NCBI GenBank assembly: GCA_964643675.1
Contig: CAZXTO010000001.1
Coordinates: 1 to 37,439 of the forward strand
Direction: 5' to 3'
DNA from: an uncultured Planctomycetales bacterium
GTDB lineage: Bacteria; Planctomycetota; UBA1135
DNA length: 37,439 nt
Part shown: piece after piece, positions 7,185-14,811 of the stretch
Layout: each line of letters opens with the position of its first letter
How positions within the stretch are numbered: the stretch's first letter is position 1
The notes under the pieces: model-generated
What the model was told of the DNA's origin: nothing
Databases searched by the model: none
The model's input: only the letters and a program-made list of their open reading frames with translations
Position numbers and translations under genes: made by a program

Positions 7185-8834
7185 TCAGGGCAGGATCGTC
7201 ACGAAGCGCGCGATCGAGCTGAGCCGCCCCTCGCCGCTGTGCCGGTCGTAGCTGATCGCGGCAAAGGCCAGGGTCTGGCCGGCGAAGCCAGACAGGCTCG
7301 GGTGGGCGAGCAGCGCAGCGCGGGCGTCGCCCTGGCGGCTCAACCGCCCGTGGCCGTGCTGGAGCACCGCGCCGCCGCCGCCGGCCTTCAGGCGGTGATA
7401 GAGCGTGTCGGCGGTCAGCGGGATCTCGAGCCTGCCCTCCAGCGTCGGGCCGGTGCCGGCAGCGCTGGCCAGCACCAGGTAGGAGTGGCCGCCCTCGCTG
7501 GCCGGGAAGTCGATGCCGAACTCCACCGGCGCGCCGGCCGACAGGCTGAGCCTCCCCGCCGAGGGGTGCAGGTAGGGATCGAGGCCGATGCCCGCCAGGA
7601 CACCGCCGGAGGACGCCGGGTAGGGACTGGAAGCCACCAGGTCGTCCAGGCCATCGCGGTCGAGGTCGCCGGCGGCGATCAGGCCATGGCCGAGGTGATC
7701 GCCCTGCGCGCCCGGGGTCCGGCTCAAGACCCGGCCGTCACTCCCGCGCAGCACGTAGACCGCGCCCTTGGCCCAGAAGCTCTCGAGCTGGAAGTTCGGC
7801 GCGCCGGCCGCGAGGTCCTCCTCGCCGTCGCCGTCGAAGTCACCGACGCTGATCACGGTCCGGCCGAGGTGATGGCTGCTCCCTTCGCCGTCGCGCCGCC
7901 AGACCACCCGGCCGTCCGCGCCGGAGATCAGATAGGCCGAGCCATGCCAACCCATCGCGAAGCTGGAGGTGCCGGTCGCGCCGACCAGGAGGTCGGGCAC
8001 ACCGTCGCCATCCAGGTCGCCGGTGCCGGCGACCGAGGTCCCGAACTTGTCGTGGCTGCCCTCGCCGTGGACGAAGAGCAGGGCCGAACCATCGGCGCCC
8101 GAATGGACCGTGACCTGGCCGACGTTCGTGTACAGCGCCGTGTCCGCGTAGCGGTCGCCGACCGCGAAGTCGCGGTGGCCGTCGCCGTCCAGGTCGCCGA
8201 CCCGGAAGACCTCGAAGGAATTGGCGCCATAGGTCTGGAGGACCTCCTCGAACAACAGGGCTCCGGTCCGGCCGGAGAGCACTCCCCAGCGGCAGCTGAG
8301 GGTGTCGCTGGCGCTGAACAGGAGGTCGTCGGCGCCGTCGCCGTCGAAGTCGCCGGCGGCGGCGAGGGAATCGCAGGCCTCGCCGGGGCGCAGGGAGTGG
8401 CGGCTGAGCGCGGCGCCGGTCCGGGCGCGATAGGTGTAGATCGTGCTGGGATGGGTGTCGGTCACCTGAGTGGCGATGGCCAGATCGGGGCCGCCGTCAC
8501 CGTCCAGGTCACCGGCGTAGGCCAGGACCTCGCCGAAGTGCTGATCGGCTCCGCCCTCGGAGAAGGCGCGCAGCACGGATCCGGAGCCGGGCGAGACCAG
8601 GAAGGCCTGGCCGGGCCGGGCGGTGGAGACCGTACCCGGAGCCCCGACCAGGATCTCGCGGCGGCCGTCGTGGTCGAGGTCGGGAAGCGCCGCCAGGGAG
8701 GCGCCGAGCGCCTGGTCCGGCTGGCCGTAGACCTTCTTCAGGACGACGGTCTCGCCGCCGACGATCTGGGCGGGCAGAGGGAGCGGGAGGGCGCAGAGAG
8801 CGACCGTGGATAGGAGGAGGGACGGGAAGCGCAT
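7185..8834 (-). CDS. FG-GAP repeat secreted protein (paralogue 3)
   Basis: I take the internal ATG at 8832-8834 (MRFPSLLLSTVALCALPLPLPAQ, a signal peptide) as the start. The 129-codon upstream extension in the ORF track is Arg/Gly/Ala-rich and looks non-coding. Repeats include DLDHDGRREILVGA, DLDGDGGPDLAI, DFDGDGADDLLF, DLDGDGHRDFAVG, DLDGDGVPDLLVGA, DFDGDGEEDLAAGA and DLDRDGLDDLV. The C-terminal module ends in VTILP. Confidence 0.9.
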   Translation of the reverse strand: MRFPSLLLSTVALCALPLPLPAQIVGGETVVLKKVYGQPDQALGASLAALPDLDHDGRREILVGAPGTVSTARPGQAFLVSPGSGSVLRAFSEGGADQHFGEVLAYAGDLDGDGGPDLAIATQVTDTHPSTIYTYRARTGAALSRHSLRPGEACDSLAAAGDFDGDGADDLLFSASDTLSCRWGVLSGRTGALLFEEVLQTYGANSFEVFRVGDLDGDGHRDFAVGDRYADTALYTNVGQVTVHSGADGSALLFVHGEGSHDKFGTSVAGTGDLDGDGVPDLLVGATGTSSFAMGWHGSAYLISGADGRVVWRRDGEGSSHHLGRTVISVGDFDGDGEEDLAAGAPNFQLESFWAKGAVYVLRGSDGRVLSRTPGAQGDHLGHGLIAAGDLDRDGLDDLVASSPYPASSGGVLAGIGLDPYLHPSAGRLSLSAGAPVEFGIDFPASEGGHSYLVLASAAGTGPTLEGRLEIPLTADTLYHRLKAGGGGAVLQHGHGRLSRQGDARAALLAHPSLSGFAGQTLAFAAISYDRHSGEGRLSSIARFVTILP

Positions 8835-8971
8835 GTGGGAATGAGATGAGAGCGCCCTTCCCGGGGATGGTCCCGGGGGTTGGACGCTCCATCTTCTGAT
8901 TGCCGCCGGACGCACGACTTGCCCCCTTTCTTCTCGAAGTTGACGCCGGCCATCGCCACGCGGCGCCGCCT

Positions 8972-10129
8972 TCATTCCGGGAGCTCGAGCCCCGTGAGCG
9001 CGAGCAGCGGCAAGGCCTCGATCTGCTCCCCCATCGCGAATCGCGTCTCCCCGGCGTGGACCACGAACAGCTTCCGGAGACCGAGCGCCTCGATCGCCGA
9101 GTGCATGCTGCGTGTCCGCCGCGGCGCGCTCGTGAACTTGAACTCGAAGCCCCAGCGGCGTCCGCCCCGTTGCACCAGCAGGTCGAGCTCGGCACCGCTG
9201 TGCAGGGCCCAGAAGGAGCACTCCTCACGCCGGAGGCTGAGCGAGGCGACCACCTGTTCGATGGCGAAACCTTCCCACGAGGCCCCCACCTTCGGGTGGC
9301 CGAGCAATTGGCTCCGGTCTTCGATCCCGAGGAGAGCGTGGAGCAGCCCGCTGTCGCTGAGGTAGATCTTCGGCGACTTCACCTGTCGCTTGGCCAGGTT
9401 CTCATGCCAGGGCTCGAGACGGCGCACCATGAAGGTCGAGACCAGCGCGTCCAGGTACCGGCGCACCGTGCGTTCGGCCATGCCGAAGGCCCGCGCCAAC
9501 TCGGCGCCGTTCCAGGTCTGCCCGTGGTAGTGGGCCAGCATGGACCAGAAGCGGCGCATGGCCTCCGGAGGCATGCCGAAGCCCAGCAGGGAGAGGTCGC
9601 GCTCGAGGTAGGTCCGAATGAATTCTCGCCGCCACTCCAGGCTCGCGGACTCCTCGCGGGCGAGCAGGGACCGCGGGAAACCGCCGCGCACCCAGAGAGC
9701 CTCGCCCTCGGCCGGCTCGAGCTCGGGCATCCGGAAGCCCTCCATCTCCCAGTGGGCGATTCGTCCGGCGAGGCTCTCCGAACTCTGACGCAGGAGCTCG
9801 GGCGATGCGCTGCCGAGGACCAAGAAGCGGGCGGGCAGCCCCGGTCGGTCCGCCAGGACGCGCAGGATCGGGAACAGCTCGGGCACCCGTTGGACCTCGT
9901 CCAGGACCACGAGGCCGCGCAGAGGCTCCAAGGCCAGCATGGGGTCGGCGAGCCGGGCGAGGTGCCGCGGATCCTCGAGGTCGAAGAAGGTGGCCTCACC
10001 CGGCCAGGACTCCGTGAATTGGCGCGCCAGGGTGGTCTTCCCGACCTGCCTCGCTCCGAGCAGAGCGACGACCGGGAAGGCCTCCAGGCGCTGCTGAAGC
10101 GTGGACAGGAGAGCCGAGCGAGCGAGCAC
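8972..10129 (-). CDS. AAA+ ATPase of the DUF4143-containing (COG1373-like) family
   Basis: 385-aa ORF with a GTG start. Walker A is LLGARQVGKTTLARQ and Walker B-like is LVVLDEVQ. The C-terminal region is typical of DUF4143 ATPases (KSPKIYLSDSGLLHALLG, GASWEGFAIEQV). Confidence 0.85.
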   Translation of the reverse strand: MLARSALLSTLQQRLEAFPVVALLGARQVGKTTLARQFTESWPGEATFFDLEDPRHLARLADPMLALEPLRGLVVLDEVQRVPELFPILRVLADRPGLPARFLVLGSASPELLRQSSESLAGRIAHWEMEGFRMPELEPAEGEALWVRGGFPRSLLAREESASLEWRREFIRTYLERDLSLLGFGMPPEAMRRFWSMLAHYHGQTWNGAELARAFGMAERTVRRYLDALVSTFMVRRLEPWHENLAKRQVKSPKIYLSDSGLLHALLGIEDRSQLLGHPKVGASWEGFAIEQVVASLSLRREECSFWALHSGAELDLLVQRGGRRWGFEFKFTSAPRRTRSMHSAIEALGLRKLFVVHAGETRFAMGEQIEALPLLALTGLELPE

Positions 10130-10188
10130 GATGGGATCTTACCTCGAAATTCCGGCGCGTGGCGCCTGATTTTCAAGATAGACCTAGC

Positions 10189-10214
10189 TCCTCCGGGCGG
10201 ATACGCCCGGAGGA
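10189..10214 (-). terminator. Stem-loop immediately downstream of the M28 peptidase stop codon (putative intrinsic terminator without a U-tract)
   Basis: Perfect 11-bp inverted repeat tcctccgggcg / cgcccggagga with a 4-nt loop (gata), 8 nt from the stop at 10222. No T-run follows, as is common in high-GC genomes. Confidence 0.5.
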
Positions 10215-10221
10215 TCCCAAC

Positions 10222-11712
10222 CTACTCGAACACCGCCTCGTCCGCGTTCGCCAGCACGCCCAGCCAGAAGGCCATCACCACCGCGCCCATCTCGATCTCG
10301 CGCGGGCTGACCTGGTCGATGGTGTCGTTGTCGCTGTGGTGCAGGTCGAAGTAGCGCGAGTCCTCGACCCGCAGCGCGCCCATCTTGCAGCCGTGCTCGC
10401 GCAGCGGGCCGATGTCGGCGCCGCCGCCGCCCTGCATCACCCGCTCCGCCCCCACCGCGCTCAGCGCCATGCCGAGCGGACGCAGCCGCTTGAGGGCCTT
10501 GGGGTCGAGGTTCAGCGCGATCCCGCGCGGGTAGAAGCTGCCGCCGTCGCTCTCGATCGCGATCAGGTGGCGCTCGGTCGGGCCGTGCTGCTTGGCGTAG
10601 CCGCGGCCGCCGCCGAGGCCGTTCTCCTCGTTGGCGAACATCACCGCGCGGACGGTGCGCTTCGGCTGCCAGCCGACCTCGAGCAGCAGGCGCAGGGCCT
10701 CGATCGAGGCCGCGCAGCCGCCGCCGTCGTCGTGCGCGCCCTGCCCCTTGTCCCAGGAGTCGAGGTGGCCGCCGACGACCAGCACTTCCTCCGGCCGCTC
10801 GCTGCCGACGATCTCGCCGACCACGTTGTAGCTCCGCTTCGGCGGCAGCTGCTTGCAGTTCGCGACGATCGTGACCGACTCGACCGTGCCGGCCTTCAGG
10901 CCGGCGCTGAGCGACTCGGCGCTGAGGATGCCGAGCGCCAGGCCGGGCACCTGGGGCAGGCCCTCCTCGTAGCGCAGCGCGCCGGTGTGCGGCGCGTCGT
11001 CCCACTTGGTGCTCATCGAGCGCACCAGCGCGGCGACGCCGCCGACGCGGGCGGCCTCGATCGCGCCGACCGAGCGCTGCTTGACCGCGCGGCCGTAGGC
11101 GCGGAAGGTCGAGCGCACGGTCGGGTCCATCGGCTCATTGAAGAACACGATCTTGCCCTCGAAGCTCTCGCCGCGGGCGGCGCGCTCCTGCAGGTCCTCG
11201 ACCCCATCCACCTCGACCACCGGCGCGGTGATGCCGCCGGGCGGGGTGCCGATCGAGCGGCCGAGCGCGGCGGCGGCGAGCGGCTGGTCGCCGAGCAGGC
11301 CGCTGTTCATGGTCACGACCTCGGGTTCGCCGCGCACCCAGTGCTCGGCCAGCACGCCCTCGCGGCGCACGTTGGAGAGGCCGGCCGCCTTCATGGTCTC
11401 CTCGGCCCAGACCACCGCCTCGGAGTAGCCCTTCGAGCCCGCCAGCCGGTGCGGCGCGCGCTCGCACAGGTCACGCAGGGTGGCGTAGGCGCGGTGGTCG
11501 GCCAGGCCGGTGTCGAGCAGCGCGTCGGCCAGCTCCTGCGCCTTGATGTTGGTCAGCAGCGCGAAGCCGGCGGCGGACTCGAGCGTCGGTGCGGCGGCGC
11601 CTTCCCCTGCCGGGTCGGGCCCGCCGGCGCCTCCCGGCGCGTCGGTGCTGTAGACGGTCTGGGCGCAAGCCGCGAGCGGAATCAGGAGCAGCGGAGCGAG
11701 CAGTCGCACCAT
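10222..11712 (-). CDS. M28-family zinc metallopeptidase (aminopeptidase/carboxypeptidase Q-like), predicted lipoprotein
   Basis: 496-aa ORF with ATG at 11710-11712. The signal ends in a lipobox (LLLIPLAAC). M28 metal-ligand context is present (VVGGHLDSWDKGQGAHDDGGGCAASIEALR; FANEENGLGG; DLHHSDNDT). Confidence 0.85.
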   Translation of the reverse strand: MVRLLAPLLLIPLAACAQTVYSTDAPGGAGGPDPAGEGAAAPTLESAAGFALLTNIKAQELADALLDTGLADHRAYATLRDLCERAPHRLAGSKGYSEAVVWAEETMKAAGLSNVRREGVLAEHWVRGEPEVVTMNSGLLGDQPLAAAALGRSIGTPPGGITAPVVEVDGVEDLQERAARGESFEGKIVFFNEPMDPTVRSTFRAYGRAVKQRSVGAIEAARVGGVAALVRSMSTKWDDAPHTGALRYEEGLPQVPGLALGILSAESLSAGLKAGTVESVTIVANCKQLPPKRSYNVVGEIVGSERPEEVLVVGGHLDSWDKGQGAHDDGGGCAASIEALRLLLEVGWQPKRTVRAVMFANEENGLGGGRGYAKQHGPTERHLIAIESDGGSFYPRGIALNLDPKALKRLRPLGMALSAVGAERVMQGGGGADIGPLREHGCKMGALRVEDSRYFDLHHSDNDTIDQVSPREIEMGAVVMAFWLGVLANADEAVFE

Positions 11713-11829
11713 GCGAGTTTAGCGGCCGGCCGGGCGACCGACTCAAGCCCCGAACCGGCTCCGGCCGCTCCACGCCGGGGCGCCCCCCTCGCTGGGGCGA
11801 TTCTGGGCCAGGGGCGGCTCTCCGGCCGC

Positions 11830-12300
11830 TCAGTCGCGGCAGCGCAGCTGGGCGGCGATCTGCTCGGCCTCGGCGAGGCTGAACTCCGCGGCGCCGCCCG
11901 ACAGCACCGCCCAGCCCCGGAGGGGGCTCATGATGATCGGGGCCGTCACGACCTCGCCGTGGTGCACCCAGGCCATCCGGCGCTGGACGTTGGCGCCGGT
12001 CCAGGCCTCGAAGGCCTCGGCGTCGTCCTCGAGCAGCTCGATCAGCACGTTGGCGTGCTCGGGGGAGCCGCTGGCGGTGTCGGCGGTGTGGGCGCGCAGC
12101 AGCCCGAAGCGGCGCGCGGGGCCGAGGCGGAGCCGCTCGTCGCGGTAGGGCAGCTCGTCGGGATAGGCGGCCGGGTCGTCGCCAGGCTGCATCACCATGC
12201 GGAATTCGACGGTGGCGCCGGGCTCGGCCGCGCCCTGCACCTGGCAGGCGGCGAGGGGCAGGAGCAGCAGCAGCAGGAAGGCGAGGCGAGATAAGCGCAT
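11830..12300 (-). CDS. Hypothetical lipoprotein with a SecD P1-head-like C-terminal motif
   Basis: 156-aa ORF with signal plus lipobox MRLSRLAFLLLLLLPLAAC. The C-terminal segment (RRMAWVHHGEVVTAPIIMSPLRGWAVLSGG...LAEAEQIAAQL) resembles the SecD periplasmic head pattern (lAivlDg.v.sAP.i...i.gG.a.I.G....eA..LA..L). Confidence 0.65.
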   Translation of the reverse strand: MRLSRLAFLLLLLLPLAACQVQGAAEPGATVEFRMVMQPGDDPAAYPDELPYRDERLRLGPARRFGLLRAHTADTASGSPEHANVLIELLEDDAEAFEAWTGANVQRRMAWVHHGEVVTAPIIMSPLRGWAVLSGGAAEFSLAEAEQIAAQLRCRD

Positions 12301-12346
12301 GCGGCTTGTTGGGATTGGGCGGGGCGGGCTTGCGGGGCGGGCCCGC

Positions 12347-12766
12347 TCAAGCCCGGTCCGGCGTCAATTGGATGCTGACCTCGGTCAGGTCGAGCGATTC
12401 CTCGTCCTGCGGCGGCAGCGGCTGGGCCGCGGCGGCGTTGGGGCGATAGCCCTCGGCCTGGGCGCGGAACAGCAGCGCCTCAGCCGGCAGGTTGTGGAGG
12501 GTGGCGCGCCCGCTGGAGTCGGTCACCCCGGCGGCCACGGTCTCGGCCGCCTCACCGGCCTCGAGATCGGCCATGCGCTGGGCCTCGAGCACCGCCCCCG
12601 AGAGCGGCGCGCCCGACGAGGCGTCGACCACCTCGACCATCGCCACCCAGGTGCCCTCGGCGGTGGGCGGCGGCGGCAGCAGGAGCGGGGCCGGTTCCTC
12701 GGCGCCCGAGCCGCAGGCGCAGAGCAGCAGGAAGGGAAGGGCGAGGAGGTGGATCCGGCCGCGCAT
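12347..12766 (-). CDS. Small lipoprotein with a carboxypeptidase-regulatory-like (prealbumin-fold) domain
   Basis: I take the ATG at 12764-12766 (MRGRIHLLALPFLLLCAC, a lipobox) as the start. The longer ORF-track version overlaps the upstream NTase gene. The domain pattern is VEVVDASSGAPLSGAVLEA...VTDSSGRATLHNLPAEALLFRAQAEGY. Confidence 0.7.
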   Translation of the reverse strand: MRGRIHLLALPFLLLCACGSGAEEPAPLLLPPPPTAEGTWVAMVEVVDASSGAPLSGAVLEAQRMADLEAGEAAETVAAGVTDSSGRATLHNLPAEALLFRAQAEGYRPNAAAAQPLPPQDEESLDLTEVSIQLTPDRA

Positions 12767-12819
12767 GGTGGTGAAGTCTAACGGCCACCCTGCCGCTCCA
12801 CCCCTGACCATCGCCGAGG

Positions 12820-13578
12820 CTACCCGCCCCCGTATCGCTTCCGGATTCCGCTGATCACGGATTCGAGCGATAGCCCGTCCAGCCCGAGACGCGGAAGATC
12901 CACCTCCCCTCCTCGAACCTGTTCGATGAAGCGGTCCACTGCGGCTCGAATCGAAGCCGGAGGGGGCGACCGGTACTCCGGGTCTGCGATCGCATACAAC
13001 CGGAACACATCGTTCTTGTGCTTCCTCAGGTCCCTGCTGTCCACGCGGCCTCCTTGTGCCTTGCGCGAATCCAAGTCGAGCCATGCCATCGCCTTGAGCG
13101 GGATCAGGTGTTCCGCTCGAACGACGGGGAGTCCTGCGACCAGGGTCCTCCCGGCGTGCGCCCACGCGTAGGAATCCCCGTCCATGAGGATGGCGGACAA
13201 GCTGGAGACCGGGTCGCTGACCGGAATCGGCGTGAGATGCCCCTGGATCGACGGCCCGAGGAGGTCGGGGACCCGAGAGAAGAGCTCCAACATGAACGGG
13301 TAGCCCGCTGAGCCAGGCTTCCGGAATCGGTGGAACCTCCGATCACGGCCGTCGGTTTCCCGGGTCGAATATCGCCCGCCTGAGATGAAGCGCCAGAACG
13401 CAGCCGCGAACTCGGCGTCGAAGGCTTCGAGGCAGAGCACGATGTCGATGTCCTTGGTGGCCCGGAAGGGCTGACCGACCTCGGCCATCAGGAGATCGCA
13501 TGCCGTGCCGCCGATGATCACGAAGCGGTCGACGAACTCCGCGAAGTGCTCGCGGAAGCCGTCCAGCCCCCTCACCAC
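12820..13578 (-). CDS. Pol-beta-superfamily nucleotidyltransferase, AbiEii/AbiGii-toxin-like
   Basis: 252-aa ORF (GTG start, overlapping the upstream stop within GTGGTGA). NTase signature is IIGGTACDLLMAEVGQPFRATKDIDIV (G[GS]-x9-13-DxD). The C-terminal helical part (IPLKAMAWLDL...RDLRKHKNDVFRL) resembles AbiEii family tails. Confidence 0.7.
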   Translation of the reverse strand: MVRGLDGFREHFAEFVDRFVIIGGTACDLLMAEVGQPFRATKDIDIVLCLEAFDAEFAAAFWRFISGGRYSTRETDGRDRRFHRFRKPGSAGYPFMLELFSRVPDLLGPSIQGHLTPIPVSDPVSSLSAILMDGDSYAWAHAGRTLVAGLPVVRAEHLIPLKAMAWLDLDSRKAQGGRVDSRDLRKHKNDVFRLYAIADPEYRSPPPASIRAAVDRFIEQVRGGEVDLPRLGLDGLSLESVISGIRKRYGGG

Positions 13579-14555
13579 GGCAGTTGATCCAGCAACTCGT
13601 CCAGGGCTCGCTCGACCCGCTCGTCATACGAACCCTGAAGCGAGAGAGAGAGGGAGAGGGGGTCGACGACTCCTTTCTTCCGGAATTCCCTCGGCTGGTA
13701 CTTCCATACCTCGATCTCCACGCTCGCCGGGTCTCCCTCCGCCACGAGATCCCCCGCGTAGTCCTCGCTGCTCCCTAGCCAGTCCTGGTGGCCCAAGGCG
13801 ATGACCGGGAGCGCTGGCGAGCTGATCCTGGTGTAACGGGCGAGAGCCTCCTGGCCAGCGAGGAGTCCCTCCGGTCCAGGGCGGTCCCCTTCGACGAAAT
13901 GCCGCGATCGGACCGGATCGCCCATGCGGGTGATCGCCGCCTGCCAGCACTGCCGCGGGGGATCGCCAAAGCGGAGGGTGCGTTGCCGCCCGACGAGCTG
14001 CGATTCCGCGAGACCGGCGGCCTCGATCTCGTCGAAGGCCCGGCTCAGGGTCATGGCGGAATACCCGAGAGCGGGCGCCAGGTCGGCCGCCGAGACGGGC
14101 TGGTCCGGGTGATGCAGCAGCGCGTGGATCAGGATGGCCTGGGTCGCGGGCCGGAACTGCTCCGGAGCGGAGCGGGCAGCCCGAAAATACTCCCGCAGAG
14201 CGACGCCGAGGTCCGGGATGTAGAGCTGGTTGCCGGGGACGAGGAAGGGGACCTGCCGATCGATCAGCCGCTGTCGGTGATAGGAGGTGATCTGCTCCCG
14301 CACGTACACGATCACGGCCGGGCACTTGGCCTGGATGAGATCGACGTGCTTGCCGATCACCGACGGCGGCTCCGGCGACTCGGCCTCATCCAGGACAAAG
14401 AGCAAGTCGTGCCCCATCAGCTTGCCCTGGGCGAATCGGTACCGCGCCGCCAGGAAGGCGGGGAGCTTCCTCACCCCCTTCCAGGCCCGCAGGTGATCCG
14501 TCACTCCCAAGGTCTGGCGGAGGTAGGTCCGGGTTTCTTGCTCGAGACTCGCCAT
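13572..14555 (-). CDS. Winged-HTH DNA-binding protein, putative cognate antitoxin/regulator of the downstream nucleotidyltransferase (AbiEi-like role, atypical architecture)
   Basis: 327-aa ORF with ATG at 14553-14555. A central wHTH-like segment (VSAADLAPALGYSAMTLSRAFDEIEAAGLAESQLVGRQRTLRF) lies at residues about 155-200, flanked by unassigned domains of about 140 aa (N-terminal) and about 120 aa (C-terminal). The gene overlaps the NTase gene by 7 nt. Confidence 0.65.
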   Translation of the reverse strand: MASLEQETRTYLRQTLGVTDHLRAWKGVRKLPAFLAARYRFAQGKLMGHDLLFVLDEAESPEPPSVIGKHVDLIQAKCPAVIVYVREQITSYHRQRLIDRQVPFLVPGNQLYIPDLGVALREYFRAARSAPEQFRPATQAILIHALLHHPDQPVSAADLAPALGYSAMTLSRAFDEIEAAGLAESQLVGRQRTLRFGDPPRQCWQAAITRMGDPVRSRHFVEGDRPGPEGLLAGQEALARYTRISSPALPVIALGHQDWLGSSEDYAGDLVAEGDPASVEIEVWKYQPREFRKKGVVDPLSLSLSLQGSYDERVERALDELLDQLPW

Positions 14556-14811
14556 GGGCTGGATACCCTGCTTCTGAACTTTACCATATCAAGAGTTATT
14601 GTGCATTTCAATGTAAGTCGATTCCAATGTTCGTGCCATTCCGGGCTCTCGCTCGAGAACTGGGCAGACACATTCGAATATTCCTATTCCCAGACATGGA
14701 CCCTGAACGCCTGGACCTCGGATGGGGCCTGGCGGGGCAAGAGCAACCGCCTTCATGCGAGCCCCGTCCTCGTGACGCCGCCATGAAGCGAAGCCGCAGA
14801 GGCCTCCTGCT

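Noticed and set aside
5852-8813. Long plus-strand ORFs (5852..7222 and 6996..8813) opposite the FG-GAP genes
   Set aside because: Same high-GC antisense artefact. The minus-strand frames carry the periodic DxDGDG repeats and signal peptides.
7185-9221. 678-aa version of FG-GAP paralogue 3 with a 129-codon N-terminal extension, and similar long N-extensions for 12347..13165 and 18789..19646
   Set aside because: The extensions are Arg/Gly/Pro-rich. They run into the neighbouring gene or intergenic DNA and precede an internal ATG that yields a clean signal peptide, lipobox or compact gene. I preferred the internal starts.
10159-12294. 711-aa plus-strand ORF across the peptidase and lipoprotein genes
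   Set aside because: It is an antisense artefact with low-complexity Ala/Arg/Gly content. The opposite strand has M28 active-site motifs.
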